Of a stretch of 64,000 nucleotides of DNA, positions 38,316-49,460 are shown one piece after another. The notes beneath the pieces were generated by a model. That model ran no database searches. It had not been told where the DNA came from and was given only the letters and a program-made list of their open reading frames with translations. The stretch spans positions 544,001-608,000 of the forward strand of contig CAXXKJ010000002.1 of NCBI GenBank assembly GCA_963675295.2, read 5' to 3'. How positions within the stretch are numbered: position 1 is the first letter of the stretch; each line of letters begins with the position of its first letter. A program made the translations under genes and the position numbers. Source of the DNA: a bacterium. GTDB taxonomy: Bacteria > Electryoneota > Electryoneia > Electryoneales > Electryoneaceae.

Positions 38316-39794
38316 ATGAAGGCAGTCCGAGTGCTGATACTCCTGTTGCTGGTGATGGCGCTGGTGCCGGCGTATGCAGTGGACAAGCAGCCGATCCGCG
38401 AGATTACGGAGTTCGCGGTTGGCAGTGATCCGGAGATTTTCGCATCGATCGTCCCGACGGCGAGCGGCGGAGCATTGCTCGCCGGTTTCACGTCCTCGAA
38501 CACGATGGGACAGATGGACGCCTACCTGGCGGAGATCGATGAGAACTCCGATCTGCTCTGGGAAAGCACGTACGGCGACACGTTGTCCGAAGAATTTTAC
38601 CAGGCGTTACCGGTGGCTGGCGGCGGGTACATCGCGGTTGGGACGAGCAACTCGTATGGTGACAAGGCCTACGACCAGTGGATCGTGCGTCTCGACAACA
38701 ACCACGAGGAAATCTGGTCGCGCAGTCTCGGCGAGGATGAGTTCGGCGTCGCAACGCAGGTTGTTCCGGATGGCGAGGGCGGCTGGTATATCGGCGGTTT
38801 CCAGAATATCCTGGATGAACAGCGTGCCAGTTTCTGGGTTGCCCGGATGGATGACGACGGCGAAATCATCTGGAACAACATCTATGGTGGTCCGGAGCAC
38901 GATTTCCTGACGGCGATGGTTGACGCACCCGGCGGCGGTGTCGTTGTCGCTGGCAGCACGCACTCGTTCACCTCGGAAAATCGGGACGGCTACATCGTCA
39001 AGATTGACGAAGACGGCACGCAGGTCTGGCAGCGTGTGATCGGCGGGCCGTGGCCGGATTACTTCAACGGCATCATTCGCAACGTGGACAACCAGTACGT
39101 CCTGATCGGCACGACGCACCGCTCGGAAACGTCCGAGGAGTCGGACATGAGCGTGGTGCTGGTGAACGATGATTCGGAAGTGCTGTTCCAGACGGCAATC
39201 GGCGGGGACAGCTGGGATGAAGGCTGGGGCATTGTCCAGCTTCCGGACGAAGGTTATTACTGTGTCGGCAGCTCCTACAACCCGGACGCTGGTGTGATGA
39301 ATGGCTACGGCGTCCGTTTGAACAGCAACGGCGATATTCTCTGGTATGACACATTCGGTGACAATGACGGCTACCAGGAATTCCGCGATGTGATCATGTG
39401 GGACACGGACAACAGCCTCGTCAAGGCGGTAGGATATACGTCCAGCACGGATAATGGCGACGCCGATTTCCACACCCGTTTGATCAACTATGATGAGACC
39501 GTGGTACCGAACGAGTCGGTTGTGCGTGCGGAGAAGATGGAACTGAGCCGCGCGTTCCCGAACCCGTTCAATGCGACCACCAAGTTCAGTGTCAACCTGC
39601 CGGTGGCGGGGCATCTGGAAGTGGCAGTGTACAACCTGCTCGGGCAGGAAGTCCGGCTGTTGACGTCGGGCCGCTGGGCGGCTGGGCAGCATACGTTTGA
39701 GTGGCATGCGGAAAATGTCGCCAGCGGGACGTACGTGATTCAGGCGCGTACGGGATCGCAGTCGTTACGTCAGCGGATCATGCTGGTGAAGTAA
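38316..39794 (+). CDS. Secreted beta-propeller repeat protein with T9SS type A C-terminal domain
   Basis: Signal peptide; repeated W...YGG..D/GG.++AG.T.S blades; AFPNPFNAT..VYNLLGQEV..ASGTY..IMLVK. Confidence 0.88.
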   Translation: MKAVRVLILLLLVMALVPAYAVDKQPIREITEFAVGSDPEIFASIVPTASGGALLAGFTSSNTMGQMDAYLAEIDENSDLLWESTYGDTLSEEFYQALPVAGGGYIAVGTSNSYGDKAYDQWIVRLDNNHEEIWSRSLGEDEFGVATQVVPDGEGGWYIGGFQNILDEQRASFWVARMDDDGEIIWNNIYGGPEHDFLTAMVDAPGGGVVVAGSTHSFTSENRDGYIVKIDEDGTQVWQRVIGGPWPDYFNGIIRNVDNQYVLIGTTHRSETSEESDMSVVLVNDDSEVLFQTAIGGDSWDEGWGIVQLPDEGYYCVGSSYNPDAGVMNGYGVRLNSNGDILWYDTFGDNDGYQEFRDVIMWDTDNSLVKAVGYTSSTDNGDADFHTRLINYDETVVPNESVVRAEKMELSRAFPNPFNATTKFSVNLPVAGHLEVAVYNLLGQEVRLLTSGRWAAGQHTFEWHAENVASGTYVIQARTGSQSLRQRIMLVK

Positions 39795-39819
39795 CACGAG
39801 CTGTTCTGTCACGGAGACC

Positions 39820-39848
39820 AAACCCGGATCGCAAGGTTCGGGTTTTTT
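39820..39848 (+). terminator. Rho-independent terminator
   Basis: AAACCCGGATC-GCAA-GGTTCGGGTTT then T-run. Confidence 0.75.
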
Positions 39849-40046
39849 CTCGTCGTTTTTTTTTAAAGGGAGTGGGCGGATGTTTTTAATTATATTGAGC
39901 TCAGGTAGTGGTTACCCTCCGGGATCGCACGGTTTTTCCTGCAGATAACTCACCTCCTGGGTTGTGTTTTCAACCGATCATACTTATATTACTATGTCGT
40001 ATTATAAGATTGCTGTTCCGGGTCAATCGCGAAATCGGAGAAATTC

Positions 40047-42317
40047 GTGCCCTCGGTGTCACGAAAAAAGGGTTCCTCAAACTGTCTACGCCGTATCATC
40101 CTTCAGGGGATCACGGCCGGTATGATCCTGCTCCTGCAGTTTTCGGTGCTTATGATCGGCAAGAACACCGCTCCGATTCCGCTTGGTTCGGATACCATCA
40201 CGAACGACCTCCTTGCCACCGGCAGCCGAAAGGCGAGTAACCTGACGCATGGCTGGGAATTCCTGCCTGAAGGATCACGGTATTACACGTACGGCTCGTT
40301 GCCTGATTCCGGTTGGACGGCGGTTGATCTGAAAACGTTTGACGGTACGGGCTGGTCGGGTGACGGTTGGTTCCGGACGACATTGCAGATTTCGGATACA
40401 GTAACCGATTCGACGATTTCCTTCCTGTATGCTCATTATGGCGCGGTTGAGTTCTATTACGCTGGCGAATTGCTTCATGCCGACGGGGCAATTCTGCCGG
40501 ATGGAACGGCGACGGGTGAGCGGGTGTCGCGTTTTCCCTCACCGGTATTGCTGGATGTACGCCGGCAAAACCGTGATTTTGCGGTTCATGTGCATTCGTC
40601 ACACAAGCGCGAGCACATGGATTCCTACTGGTTTTCGTCCTGGTGGCGGTCGCAGCAGCCTGGTTTCATGCTGTCGTTCATCCGGACGGATCTTGGGCGT
40701 CCGTATTACATCAAGGAAATCATTGTCAACAATCTGCTGTTGATTGCAGCGACAGCATTGCTGATATTATCATTGTTATATTTCTTTATCTATTTAAATG
40801 CGATAATTTTGAAAGAATCATTATTATATAGCCTTTATGGTATATTATTGACAGCTAGTGCATTAATTTTCAATGTATTTAATCAATACACACCGTTAGA
40901 ATGGAGTTTATTTAACTATTATGGAACGTGGGGTCTATTTTCCATATCTGCGTATTTTGGATTACTGCTTCTGGGTTCATTATACAAGGTCAATTTAAAG
41001 AATGTTGTATTAATTGGCGTTATTATCAATATTGTATCGCTGGAGATCGACAGGCATATCGGGTTCAATGTCATACCGATTCCGATGGCAATTTTCAGCG
41101 TTGTGAATCTCTCCTTGATTATCTACGGACTCATCAAAAAGAAGAGTGGTGCCTGGATAGTCGCGGTTGGGTATTCAAGTCTGGCGATAATTGCCGCGCT
41201 GTGGGTGACGTTGTATGGCGAGTTGCGTGATTTCTCGATGCACATCGAGGCGCTGTGGTTGATCGGTTTCCTGCCGCCGTTCATCGCGTTTACCTATATC
41301 ATCTCCAACCGGATCGGCGAAATCTGGCAGCAGCGGCAGGAATTCCATGAACAGATCATGGAATTGCTTGAAAAATCAACCTTGCTCGAACAGCAGGCGG
41401 CCACCAACGAACACATCAACGCGGAAGTGCGTGAGTTCAACCGGGCGCTGGTGAAGCAGTTGGATATGCGCACGCAGGAGCTGATTATCGCTGAAAGGCA
41501 GGCGAGTTTCGGCCAGTTTGTCCAGGGGATTGTGCACAACCTGAAGAATCCGCTTTCCGGAATCATCGGCTATGCGGACATGAGTCGCGAATCGGTGCGG
41601 GAGCTGCGCGAAAGGCTGGAGATATCGGGTGGGCTGACCGAAGATGTTGAAGCCGGTTTCGAGGATCTGGAAGACGATGTAAACACGGTGATCGACGGCG
41701 GCAATCAGTTGCTGGAGATGCTGAACAGCTTGATGTCGAAGAGCCGTGGTGATCAGGACAGCCAGGCGGTAGTCTGCGATCTGAATGATTGTTTGCGCAA
41801 CGAGTTGGAGTTCCTGAATGCGGACCCGCGGTTGAAGAAGGTGATCAAGCTGGATATTCGTCTCGCGGCCGAACCGTTGTTTGTCAAGGCGGTTCGCGGG
41901 GAGATGACGCAGGTGATCTCCAATCTGGTGATCAACGCGCGGGATGCGTTGCACGAGATTCGTGAGCCGGAAATCGTGATCACGTCGTGGCAGGATGGTG
42001 ATTGGGTCGGATTTGATGTGCGTGACAACGGCTGCGGCATTCAGCCGAAGAATCTGAAGCGGATTTTCGATCCGTTCTACACGACGAAGCGGTTGCTCAA
42101 CGACGAGAACAAGAATGGTGGCGGCAACACACCAAGCGGCACCGGGCTTGGGATGTGGATCTGCAAGCAGATGGTTTCCTCGCATGGAGGCCGGATCGAG
42201 GTGGACAGCGAGGTAGGTGTTGGCACGACGGTGACCATCCGTCTGCCGGGCGTGATCGGTGACACGGTGGAACCGCGCGGCAATCGCAGAGAACCCGCTC
42301 AGCATCGACATGCATGA
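40047..42317 (+). CDS. Membrane sensor histidine kinase (periplasmic carbohydrate-binding-like domain, ~7 TM, HisKA, HATPase)
   Basis: VHNLKNPL H-box, NLVINARDA, DNGCGI, IFDPFYTTK, GTGLGM; start uncertain. Confidence 0.9.
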   Translation: MPSVSRKKGSSNCLRRIILQGITAGMILLLQFSVLMIGKNTAPIPLGSDTITNDLLATGSRKASNLTHGWEFLPEGSRYYTYGSLPDSGWTAVDLKTFDGTGWSGDGWFRTTLQISDTVTDSTISFLYAHYGAVEFYYAGELLHADGAILPDGTATGERVSRFPSPVLLDVRRQNRDFAVHVHSSHKREHMDSYWFSSWWRSQQPGFMLSFIRTDLGRPYYIKEIIVNNLLLIAATALLILSLLYFFIYLNAIILKESLLYSLYGILLTASALIFNVFNQYTPLEWSLFNYYGTWGLFSISAYFGLLLLGSLYKVNLKNVVLIGVIINIVSLEIDRHIGFNVIPIPMAIFSVVNLSLIIYGLIKKKSGAWIVAVGYSSLAIIAALWVTLYGELRDFSMHIEALWLIGFLPPFIAFTYIISNRIGEIWQQRQEFHEQIMELLEKSTLLEQQAATNEHINAEVREFNRALVKQLDMRTQELIIAERQASFGQFVQGIVHNLKNPLSGIIGYADMSRESVRELRERLEISGGLTEDVEAGFEDLEDDVNTVIDGGNQLLEMLNSLMSKSRGDQDSQAVVCDLNDCLRNELEFLNADPRLKKVIKLDIRLAAEPLFVKAVRGEMTQVISNLVINARDALHEIREPEIVITSWQDGDWVGFDVRDNGCGIQPKNLKRIFDPFYTTKRLLNDENKNGGGNTPSGTGLGMWICKQMVSSHGGRIEVDSEVGVGTTVTIRLPGVIGDTVEPRGNRREPAQHRHA

Positions 42318-42407
42318 ACGGCTGAACGGGTTGGTGTTGTAACTTCAGTCCTGGATCCCGGAATTCAGTATCCCAGATGTTTCAACTCTGCATAAGCGCG
42401 GGGTTGC

Positions 42408-43382
42408 CTACCACGCATAGCATTCCGGCGCGGGTCCACCGGGTCCGGGCCAGATCTCATCCAGCTTCTTAAGTGTTTCCTCGGACAGCTCGACATCGAC
42501 AGCGTGCATGTTCTCCTTGAACTGGTCAAGGGTTCGCGGGCCGACGATGGGTGCGGTGATGGCTGGATTCGCCAGCAGCCACGCCAGGGCGACGTCGGCC
42601 GGCCGTTCGCCGATCTCGTCGCACAGGGCTTCGTACTGTTCGAGCTGGGTACGGCGTTCCTCAATCTGCTTCAGCATGTTGTCGGTGGTACGGCGTCCTT
42701 CCGACATCTTTTTCAATACGCCGCCGAGTAGTCCACCGCCAAGCGGGCTCCACGGGATGATGCCGACGCCGTACGCTTCGCAGGCCGGAATCAGGTCGGA
42801 TTCGATGGCGCGGTTGCCGAGGTGGTAGAAGCTTTGTTCGCTGACGATGCCGTAGAGGTTGCGTTTGAACGCGATTTCGTTGCCCTGCACGATGTGCCAG
42901 CCGGCGAAATTGCTGGTGCCGACGTAGAGGATCTTGCCTTCCTGGATCAGCTGGTCCATCGCCTGCCAGATTTCTTCCCACGGGGTGTCGCGGTCGACGT
43001 GATGCATCTGGTAGAGGTCGATGCGGTCGGTTTGCAGGCGTTTCAGGCTGGCATCCACGGCCTGGCGGATGTTGTAGGCGGACAGCTTGCGATCGTTGAT
43101 ACCGTCCTCGGACATCTGGCCGTAGACTTTGGTCGCGAGCACGATTTCGTCCCGCTTGCCCGGATTCTGCTTGAACCAGCGGCCGATGTATTCTTCGGAG
43201 GTGCCACGTCCCTTGCTGCCGCCGTAGACGTTCGCGGTATCCCAGAAGTTGACACCGCTGTCATAAGCGGTGTCCATGATGGTGCGGCTGTCGGCCTCGG
43301 TGGTCCAATGGCCGAAGTTCATCGTGCCGAGGCAGACACGGCTGACGCGTACGCCGGACCGGCCGAGATGTGCGTATTTCAT
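42408..43382 (-). CDS. Aldo/keto reductase
   Basis: LGTMNFG, DTANVYG, SLKRLQTDRIDLYQMH, PWSPLGGG; GGAG RBS before ATG 43382. Confidence 0.94.
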   Translation of the reverse strand: MKYAHLGRSGVRVSRVCLGTMNFGHWTTEADSRTIMDTAYDSGVNFWDTANVYGGSKGRGTSEEYIGRWFKQNPGKRDEIVLATKVYGQMSEDGINDRKLSAYNIRQAVDASLKRLQTDRIDLYQMHHVDRDTPWEEIWQAMDQLIQEGKILYVGTSNFAGWHIVQGNEIAFKRNLYGIVSEQSFYHLGNRAIESDLIPACEAYGVGIIPWSPLGGGLLGGVLKKMSEGRRTTDNMLKQIEERRTQLEQYEALCDEIGERPADVALAWLLANPAITAPIVGPRTLDQFKENMHAVDVELSEETLKKLDEIWPGPGGPAPECYAW

Positions 43383-43575
43383 GATCGCTCCAGGTTGGTG
43401 GCTGGTGGTGGCTCGCAAGCTATTTGTACGGGTGGTGGCGGCGCAATCGGGAATGGATCGTGGGGTGGGCCGTGTGAGGGTCGCGAACGCTCCGTGCTCA
43501 TCTCTCCGCGTATGGGGGTAAAAGCTGCCCCTACCCTCAGTTTGTGTCTGTTCTATGCTGCTCTATCCTATGTAA

Positions 43576-43621
43576 TATCAGCGAATTACTCTCCACAAGA
43601 TGCTCTGGCGTGCTCCTTGCT
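43576..43621 (+). promoter_or_regulatory. Sigma-54 promoter with upstream IHF-like site
   Basis: TGGCGT-GCTCC-TTGCT (43606-43621); TATCAG-CGAA-TTA (43576-43588) fits WATCARN4TTR. Confidence 0.6.
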
Positions 43622-43663
43622 CCAAGGTTTGCGGACCCGTATCTCCGCGACCCAGAGGACGCC

Positions 43664-46600
43664 ATGGATTTTCCACAATTTGCGGGCCGGCCGAACCGGC
43701 CGGACGAGATCGAACGGCAATTGGACAGCCGAACTCGGGACGAGTACACCGTCACGGCGATCGTGTCGGCGTATGCGTCAACGAAGTTCCTGCCGGACCT
43801 GCTCGAGGACCTGTTCGGCCAGACGCTTTATGCGCGTGGCGAGCTGGAAATCGTGTTCGTCGACAGCCACTCGCCGGAAGACGATTGGTCGCTGATCGAA
43901 GCGGCTGCCCGTGACCACGATCATGTCCGCGCCATTCGGACGGTGGAGCGTGAGACGCTGTACACGGCGTGGAATCGTGCCATCGCCGAAGCGCGCGGAC
44001 GTTACATCAGCAACGCAAACACGGACGACCGGCACCGCGCGGATGCGTACGAGCTGTTATCCGGCGTGCTGGACCAGCGCGAGGATGTCGCACTGGTGTA
44101 TTCGAACACGTATGTCTCGCGAGTGGAGAACGAACCCTTCGCGGAGAATACCGGCACCGAACCGTTCACTACTCCCGCCTTTTTCGCCCCGAACCAGTTG
44201 CTGCATTTCCCGTTTGGCGCGCAGCCGATGTGGCGCCGGACGGTTCATGATGTGATCGGTGTCTTTGACGGCTCGTTCAAAGCGGCCGGCGACTGGGATT
44301 TCGCGATCCGGTTTGTGCGCAAGTTCCGTGCGTTGCACATCGAGGAGGTGCTCGGATCGTACCTCGTGCAGGACAACGCAATCAGCTTCCGCGATGATAC
44401 GGTCAAGCGGGAGAATGCGCTCATCCACGGCCGGATTCACAATCCGGACACGGCGTACGTGTTGTACCGGCAGGAAGGGCTGGCGCTGGACACGCCGCAG
44501 GAGAAGGCGCAGGCGCTTGTCGATCTGGGCGTGCGCGCGTTGGGGTACAAGATTCCGTATGGCACCCCGCGGACCAAATTCCCGCTGGCGTTGAACTTTT
44601 TCGCGGAAGCGACCCGTCTCGCGCCGGAGTGGGCGGTGGGCTGGAACAATCTCGCGATCGCGCTGGCGTTGACCGGACAGCAGAAGCAGGCGCAGGAACT
44701 GATCGAGGCGCTGTCGGCGAAAGCGAAGCACCCGACGGTGGAGCGGAACGCGCGGATCATCCGTGAGGCGGCGACAGGAACGCCGGGCGAGGGATTGGAG
44801 GTGCTGCCCTCGGGGTTGCCATTCCCGAGCCAGGAGGAGCTACAGACCTCGGCGGTGGGACCGGACCGCAGTGTCAGCGCAGAGCAGTTGCTACAGGGAC
44901 AGGGTGAACAGCGGCCGGCGTCAACCGGATCAGCGCAAGGACCGACGAACGGCCAGGCGGCAGTGAGTCCGGTGGATCAATTGCGTGCCGAGGGGATTCG
45001 TCTACTGCAATCCGGTCAATTCGAGCCGGGAGTGGCGAAGCTGGATGCTGCGATTGAACGGGAACCGTTCGACACGAAAACCCACGACGCATTGCGTGTG
45101 CTCAGCCTGCAGGCGCCGGAGGGGTGGCAGCGGGAACGGGACACGCGTGTCGCGCAGATGATCCGTTCGACCAAGGGCGTGGAACGGCTGAATTGGATCC
45201 ACCGCTCGGGCCAGTTCCACGAAGCCCCGCAGTCGATGGAGACAATCTGGGATCTGGTGCGCACGGAGCTGACTCCGCAGCAGCCGGATACCTCAGGCGA
45301 GCCACGGGTGACGGTCGTGCTGACGGTGCACAATCACGAACGGTACGTCGAAGAGGCGTTCCGTTCGGTGATCGCGCAGACAGTGCGTGACTGGGAGCTG
45401 GTGATCGTTGATGATAACTCGACCGACGGCACCCCGGCGCTGATTGAGCGGCTGGTTAGCGAACATCAGGACTATCGGATCACGTCGCTGCGGCTGGATG
45501 GTGCCGGACCGGCGCGCGCACGGAACACCGGCGCATCGCACGGCAGCGCGCCGTACCTGTTGCTGCTGGATGGGGACGATCTGCTCGCGGCAGACTACAT
45601 CGAACAGCTGCTGCCTGTGATGGAGAAGGACGCGAATCTCGGCTGGGCGTACCCGGTCAGTGTGCAGGCAGGCGGACACAACCGGTTGTGGAGCTGGCGG
45701 CCGTTTGATGTCGCTGAGCTGGCTGCGGCGGACCGGATGCCGGTCAACAGTTTGATGCGTCGCGAGATGTTTGAGGACATGGGCGGCTTCAGCCCGGAAC
45801 TGGTCGGCGCGTACGAGGATTGGGATCTGTGGCTGCGGGCGGTTCGGGCCGGCTGGAAGGCGCGGATGGTGCCGTCAGCGCTGTTCCTGTATCGCAAGGT
45901 GGCGGGGTCGCGTTGTGACTTCAATGGCCAGCCGGAAGCGCCGGAAGTGGACGCGAAACGCACGATGATGCGTCATGTGCCGGAATTCTACCAGCCCGGT
46001 GCGGTGGATCATCCGGTGTTGACACAGGTGTTGCGGATTCCCATCGAGCTGGCGAACCGGGAGTATTGTGACCGACTGATGAAACGTTTTACCGCCAACA
46101 CACCGCCGGACAGGCCGGACAGACGACCGGAGATGATGACGGTGGAACCGGTAACGGGTCCGCGTTTGCAAGCAAACACGGGCACGGATACGAAGTTGCC
46201 AAGTGCGGATGAGCCGCGTCCGCAAGTTTTTAACACGGGCACGAACAAGGGAGTGGAAGCTGCGGATGATCCGCGTTTGCAAGCAAACACGGGCACGTCT
46301 GCAGACGGCAAGCCGGTGCGGGTGCTGTTCTACTTCTTCAAGAACGTACACATCCCGGTGTTGTTGCCGGTGTATCGCGAGATGAAGCGGCAGGGCGGGT
46401 TCGAGATCGCGTTCGCAATGCACGGGTATGACCGTCACATTCGCGCCGGGATGGAATCGTACGAGCTGGAGCTGTTGCGTCGTGAGGGCGCACCGATTGT
46501 GCAGGACCCGAGCGAGTGGCGTGCCGACGTGACGTTGATGGCGGATAACGTCGCGTTCAACCTGTTCGGCTGCGGAGAGATTGTCAACATCGGGCACGGC

Positions 46601-48247
46601 CTGCTGTCCAAAGGCCAGTATTTCACCGACACCGACATGATCCACCGTGAGAATCTCGAGGATCTGCTCTGTGTACCGGGTCCCTATCACAGGCAACGTA
46701 TCGCCGAGGGCGGACGGGTGTTCATCCCGGTTGTCGCGACCGGTTTCCCGAAGCTGGACAAGCTGTTCGATCCGAACGGGCCGTCTCGTGAACAGCTGCT
46801 GAAGCGGTACAAGATCGACCCGTCGAAACGGGTGGTGCTGTACGCGCCGACATTCAACATGTCGCTGTCCAGCATTCCGATTCTGTGGATGCGCGTCGCC
46901 GAGCTGGCGGATGAGGATACCGTGCTCCTGATAAAGCTGCACAGCTCGAGTTTGCCCGAGTTCAAGGACTCGTACCGTGAGTTGGCGGAAACACACAAGA
47001 ACGTGATCTACAGCGACGATCCGGACATCACCAACCTGCTGCGTGTTGCGGATGTGATGGTGACCGATGTCTCGTCGGTGATGATGGAGTTCATGGCGCT
47101 GGACAAACCGGTGGTGCTGTTCGACAACCCGAACCAATACACCTACCGTCACTATGACCCGCGCGACATCGAGTATGCCTGGCGTGATGTCGGCATCCGG
47201 GCGTCAACGTTGGACGAGGTGAAAGACGCGGTCGCGCGCTCGTTCGCCAACCCCGGCGAATTCCACGCGAAACGAAAAGAGTACGGCGAACTGATCCTGG
47301 CTGACCGTCAGGGCGGTGCGTCGGCGAACGTGGTGACTGCGATCCGCGATCTGCTCGCGGGAGCGTACGAGCCGAAGAAGATGCTGCCGGACGCGACGAC
47401 GGTGCTGCTGCCAGCTCATGCAGGCGAGGAGCAGGACACGGCGGCAACGGTCACGAGTGTGCTCGAGGACGGCGGCGAGAACGCGCGGCTGGTGGTGGTT
47501 GATCACGGTTGCGACCGGACGGCGTTGAGTCAGGCGTTGGGCGAATGGACCGGTGAGGTCAAGGTGATGACGCCGGATGAGGTACAGACTCAAGAGTTTG
47601 GCACCGAGTATCTCGCGTTGCTGCAGCCCGGTCTCGATTTGGGTGAGAAGCGCCTGTTCCGGTTGGTGAACCATCTGCGGCGCAGCGATCAACCCGCGGC
47701 GGTCGCGCCGTTGCTGTTCCCACGGATGGCGCAGGAGATCCCGCTGCAGAATGCCGCGAAGTATGTCCAGGGCGATACGTCGATGATGGCCGATCCGACG
47801 GCGCTGGACCGCAAGATGCGTGTGGTCGGGCTTGCGCAATTGCACCCGTCCTCGATTCCAGCGGCAGCGGTGACGGTGGCGGCGTCTCGAGGCAGCAACG
47901 TGTGGGACGTGCTGCGCGACCGTGCGGCGTCCGGATCAGGGGATGCGATTCCTGGAGTGCGGCTGGCGTTCGACGTGGCGGTCGGCCGGTTCGTGGATAA
48001 CCGTACGCCGCAACCGGCGCAGATGGCGTCAAAAGGAAACGGTGGCAACGCGAATCCGGGCAATGGGTCAGCGAAACCTGCTGCACCGCCCCGGAAGAAC
48101 CGGATGAGCCTGGTTACGCATTACGAGACCAAGGGCCAGCTGGATCGAGCGTTGGACCATGCCCGGCGGGCGTTGGCGGAGAACGCGGACGATCCGGAGG
48201 TGCGTGCGGCGGTGGAGCGGTTGGAACAGGCGGTCAGCCCGGCGTGA
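43664..48247 (+). CDS. Multidomain glycosyltransferase: GT2-TPR-GT2-CDP-glycerol glycerophosphotransferase-like-degenerate GT-TPR
   Basis: SNANTDDRH and AGDWDF; LLLLDGDD and YEDWDLWLR; GHGLLSKG, LYAPTF, KLH, TDVSSV (TagF-like); GAGGA RBS before ATG 43664. Confidence 0.85.
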   Translation: MDFPQFAGRPNRPDEIERQLDSRTRDEYTVTAIVSAYASTKFLPDLLEDLFGQTLYARGELEIVFVDSHSPEDDWSLIEAAARDHDHVRAIRTVERETLYTAWNRAIAEARGRYISNANTDDRHRADAYELLSGVLDQREDVALVYSNTYVSRVENEPFAENTGTEPFTTPAFFAPNQLLHFPFGAQPMWRRTVHDVIGVFDGSFKAAGDWDFAIRFVRKFRALHIEEVLGSYLVQDNAISFRDDTVKRENALIHGRIHNPDTAYVLYRQEGLALDTPQEKAQALVDLGVRALGYKIPYGTPRTKFPLALNFFAEATRLAPEWAVGWNNLAIALALTGQQKQAQELIEALSAKAKHPTVERNARIIREAATGTPGEGLEVLPSGLPFPSQEELQTSAVGPDRSVSAEQLLQGQGEQRPASTGSAQGPTNGQAAVSPVDQLRAEGIRLLQSGQFEPGVAKLDAAIEREPFDTKTHDALRVLSLQAPEGWQRERDTRVAQMIRSTKGVERLNWIHRSGQFHEAPQSMETIWDLVRTELTPQQPDTSGEPRVTVVLTVHNHERYVEEAFRSVIAQTVRDWELVIVDDNSTDGTPALIERLVSEHQDYRITSLRLDGAGPARARNTGASHGSAPYLLLLDGDDLLAADYIEQLLPVMEKDANLGWAYPVSVQAGGHNRLWSWRPFDVAELAAADRMPVNSLMRREMFEDMGGFSPELVGAYEDWDLWLRAVRAGWKARMVPSALFLYRKVAGSRCDFNGQPEAPEVDAKRTMMRHVPEFYQPGAVDHPVLTQVLRIPIELANREYCDRLMKRFTANTPPDRPDRRPEMMTVEPVTGPRLQANTGTDTKLPSADEPRPQVFNTGTNKGVEAADDPRLQANTGTSADGKPVRVLFYFFKNVHIPVLLPVYREMKRQGGFEIAFAMHGYDRHIRAGMESYELELLRREGAPIVQDPSEWRADVTLMADNVAFNLFGCGEIVNIGHGLLSKGQYFTDTDMIHRENLEDLLCVPGPYHRQRIAEGGRVFIPVVATGFPKLDKLFDPNGPSREQLLKRYKIDPSKRVVLYAPTFNMSLSSIPILWMRVAELADEDTVLLIKLHSSSLPEFKDSYRELAETHKNVIYSDDPDITNLLRVADVMVTDVSSVMMEFMALDKPVVLFDNPNQYTYRHYDPRDIEYAWRDVGIRASTLDEVKDAVARSFANPGEFHAKRKEYGELILADRQGGASANVVTAIRDLLAGAYEPKKMLPDATTVLLPAHAGEEQDTAATVTSVLEDGGENARLVVVDHGCDRTALSQALGEWTGEVKVMTPDEVQTQEFGTEYLALLQPGLDLGEKRLFRLVNHLRRSDQPAAVAPLLFPRMAQEIPLQNAAKYVQGDTSMMADPTALDRKMRVVGLAQLHPSSIPAAAVTVAASRGSNVWDVLRDRAASGSGDAIPGVRLAFDVAVGRFVDNRTPQPAQMASKGNGGNANPGNGSAKPAAPPRKNRMSLVTHYETKGQLDRALDHARRALAENADDPEVRAAVERLEQAVSPA
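46159..46296 (+). repeat. Three in-frame copies of the CCGCGT..ACACGGGCAC palindrome
   Basis: 46159-46185, 46214-46242, 46270-46296; encode PRLQANTGT / PRPQVFNTGT / PRLQANTGT. Confidence 0.85.
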
Positions 48248-48275
48248 TGCCGGCGTTGCGATACGGGAGTGATGG

Positions 48276-49460
48276 ATGAACGGCTTCAACGGGAACAACG
48301 GCTTCGGCAAGGACGATGGCGCGAAGGGTGTCAACGGCTTCAGCGGAAACGGGGTCAACGGCCACAGCCTGCATAACGGACACGGCAACGGTGGTGGCAA
48401 TGGCAATCCCAGCCCACTGCGGGCGTTGATTACCGGCATCACCGGGCAGGACGGCAGCTACCTCGCCGAACTGTTGCTCGCGAAGGGGTACGAGGTACAC
48501 GGCCTGATCCGGCGTTCCTCGACCTTCTCCACCGGCCGGATCGATCACATCTACGACGATCCGCATTGGGAAAACGCCAATTTGCGCCTGCATTACGGCG
48601 ATCTTACCGACAGCACGGGCTTGCGCCGGATCATCGAGGAAATCGAGCCGCACGAGGTGTACAACCTCGGCGCGCAGTCGCATGTGCGGGTTTCGTTCGA
48701 CCAGCCGGAGTACACGGCGGATGTGGTCGCGACCGGGACGCTGCGTCTGTTCGAGGCGATTCGGGATTATATCGCGATCTCCCGGAACAGTCCGAAGATC
48801 TACCAGGCGTGCTCGTCCGAGATGTTCGGCAGCTCGCCCCCGCCGCAGAATGAACTGACGCCGTTCCATCCGCGCAGTCCGTACGCGGTGAGCAAGGTCG
48901 CGGGGTATCATTATGGTGTGAACTATCGCGAGGCGTACGGCCTGTTCATCTCGAACGGCATCCTGTTCAACCACGAATCGCCTCGCCGTGGCGGCACGTT
49001 TGTCACTCGCAAGATCACCCGGGCGCTGACCCGCATCAAATTGGGCCTGCAGGAAACGTTGTTCCTTGGCAACTTGGACGCCAAACGTGACTGGGGCTTC
49101 GCCGGGGACTATGTCGAGGCGATGTGGCGGATGTTGCAGCATGATCGTCCCGATGATTTCGTCGTCGCGACCGGCGAAACGCACTCGGTGCGCGAATTTC
49201 TCGAGGAAGCGGCGAGCGTGCTCGACATGGACTGGGAGCGGGTGGTGGAATTCGACCCACGGTATCTGCGCCCGGCGGAAGTGGACGCGCTACTCGGCGA
49301 TTCGCGCAAGATTCGTGAACAGTTGGGCTGGCAGCCGACGGTCACCTTCTCCGGCCTGGTACGGATGATGGTTGAACACGACCTCGACCTGGCGGAGCGG
49401 GAACGGGTGCTGGCGGACGCCGGGCATGCGATGAGACGGCAGGCGAGTGGGGATGAATGA
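48276..49460 (+). CDS. gmd: GDP-mannose 4,6-dehydratase with Asn-Gly-rich N-terminal extension
   Basis: [52 protein letters not shown]. Confidence 0.95.
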   Translation: MNGFNGNNGFGKDDGAKGVNGFSGNGVNGHSLHNGHGNGGGNGNPSPLRALITGITGQDGSYLAELLLAKGYEVHGLIRRSSTFSTGRIDHIYDDPHWENANLRLHYGDLTDSTGLRRIIEEIEPHEVYNLGAQSHVRVSFDQPEYTADVVATGTLRLFEAIRDYIAISRNSPKIYQACSSEMFGSSPPPQNELTPFHPRSPYAVSKVAGYHYGVNYREAYGLFISNGILFNHESPRRGGTFVTRKITRALTRIKLGLQETLFLGNLDAKRDWGFAGDYVEAMWRMLQHDRPDDFVVATGETHSVREFLEEAASVLDMDWERVVEFDPRYLRPAEVDALLGDSRKIREQLGWQPTVTFSGLVRMMVEHDLDLAERERVLADAGHAMRRQASGDE

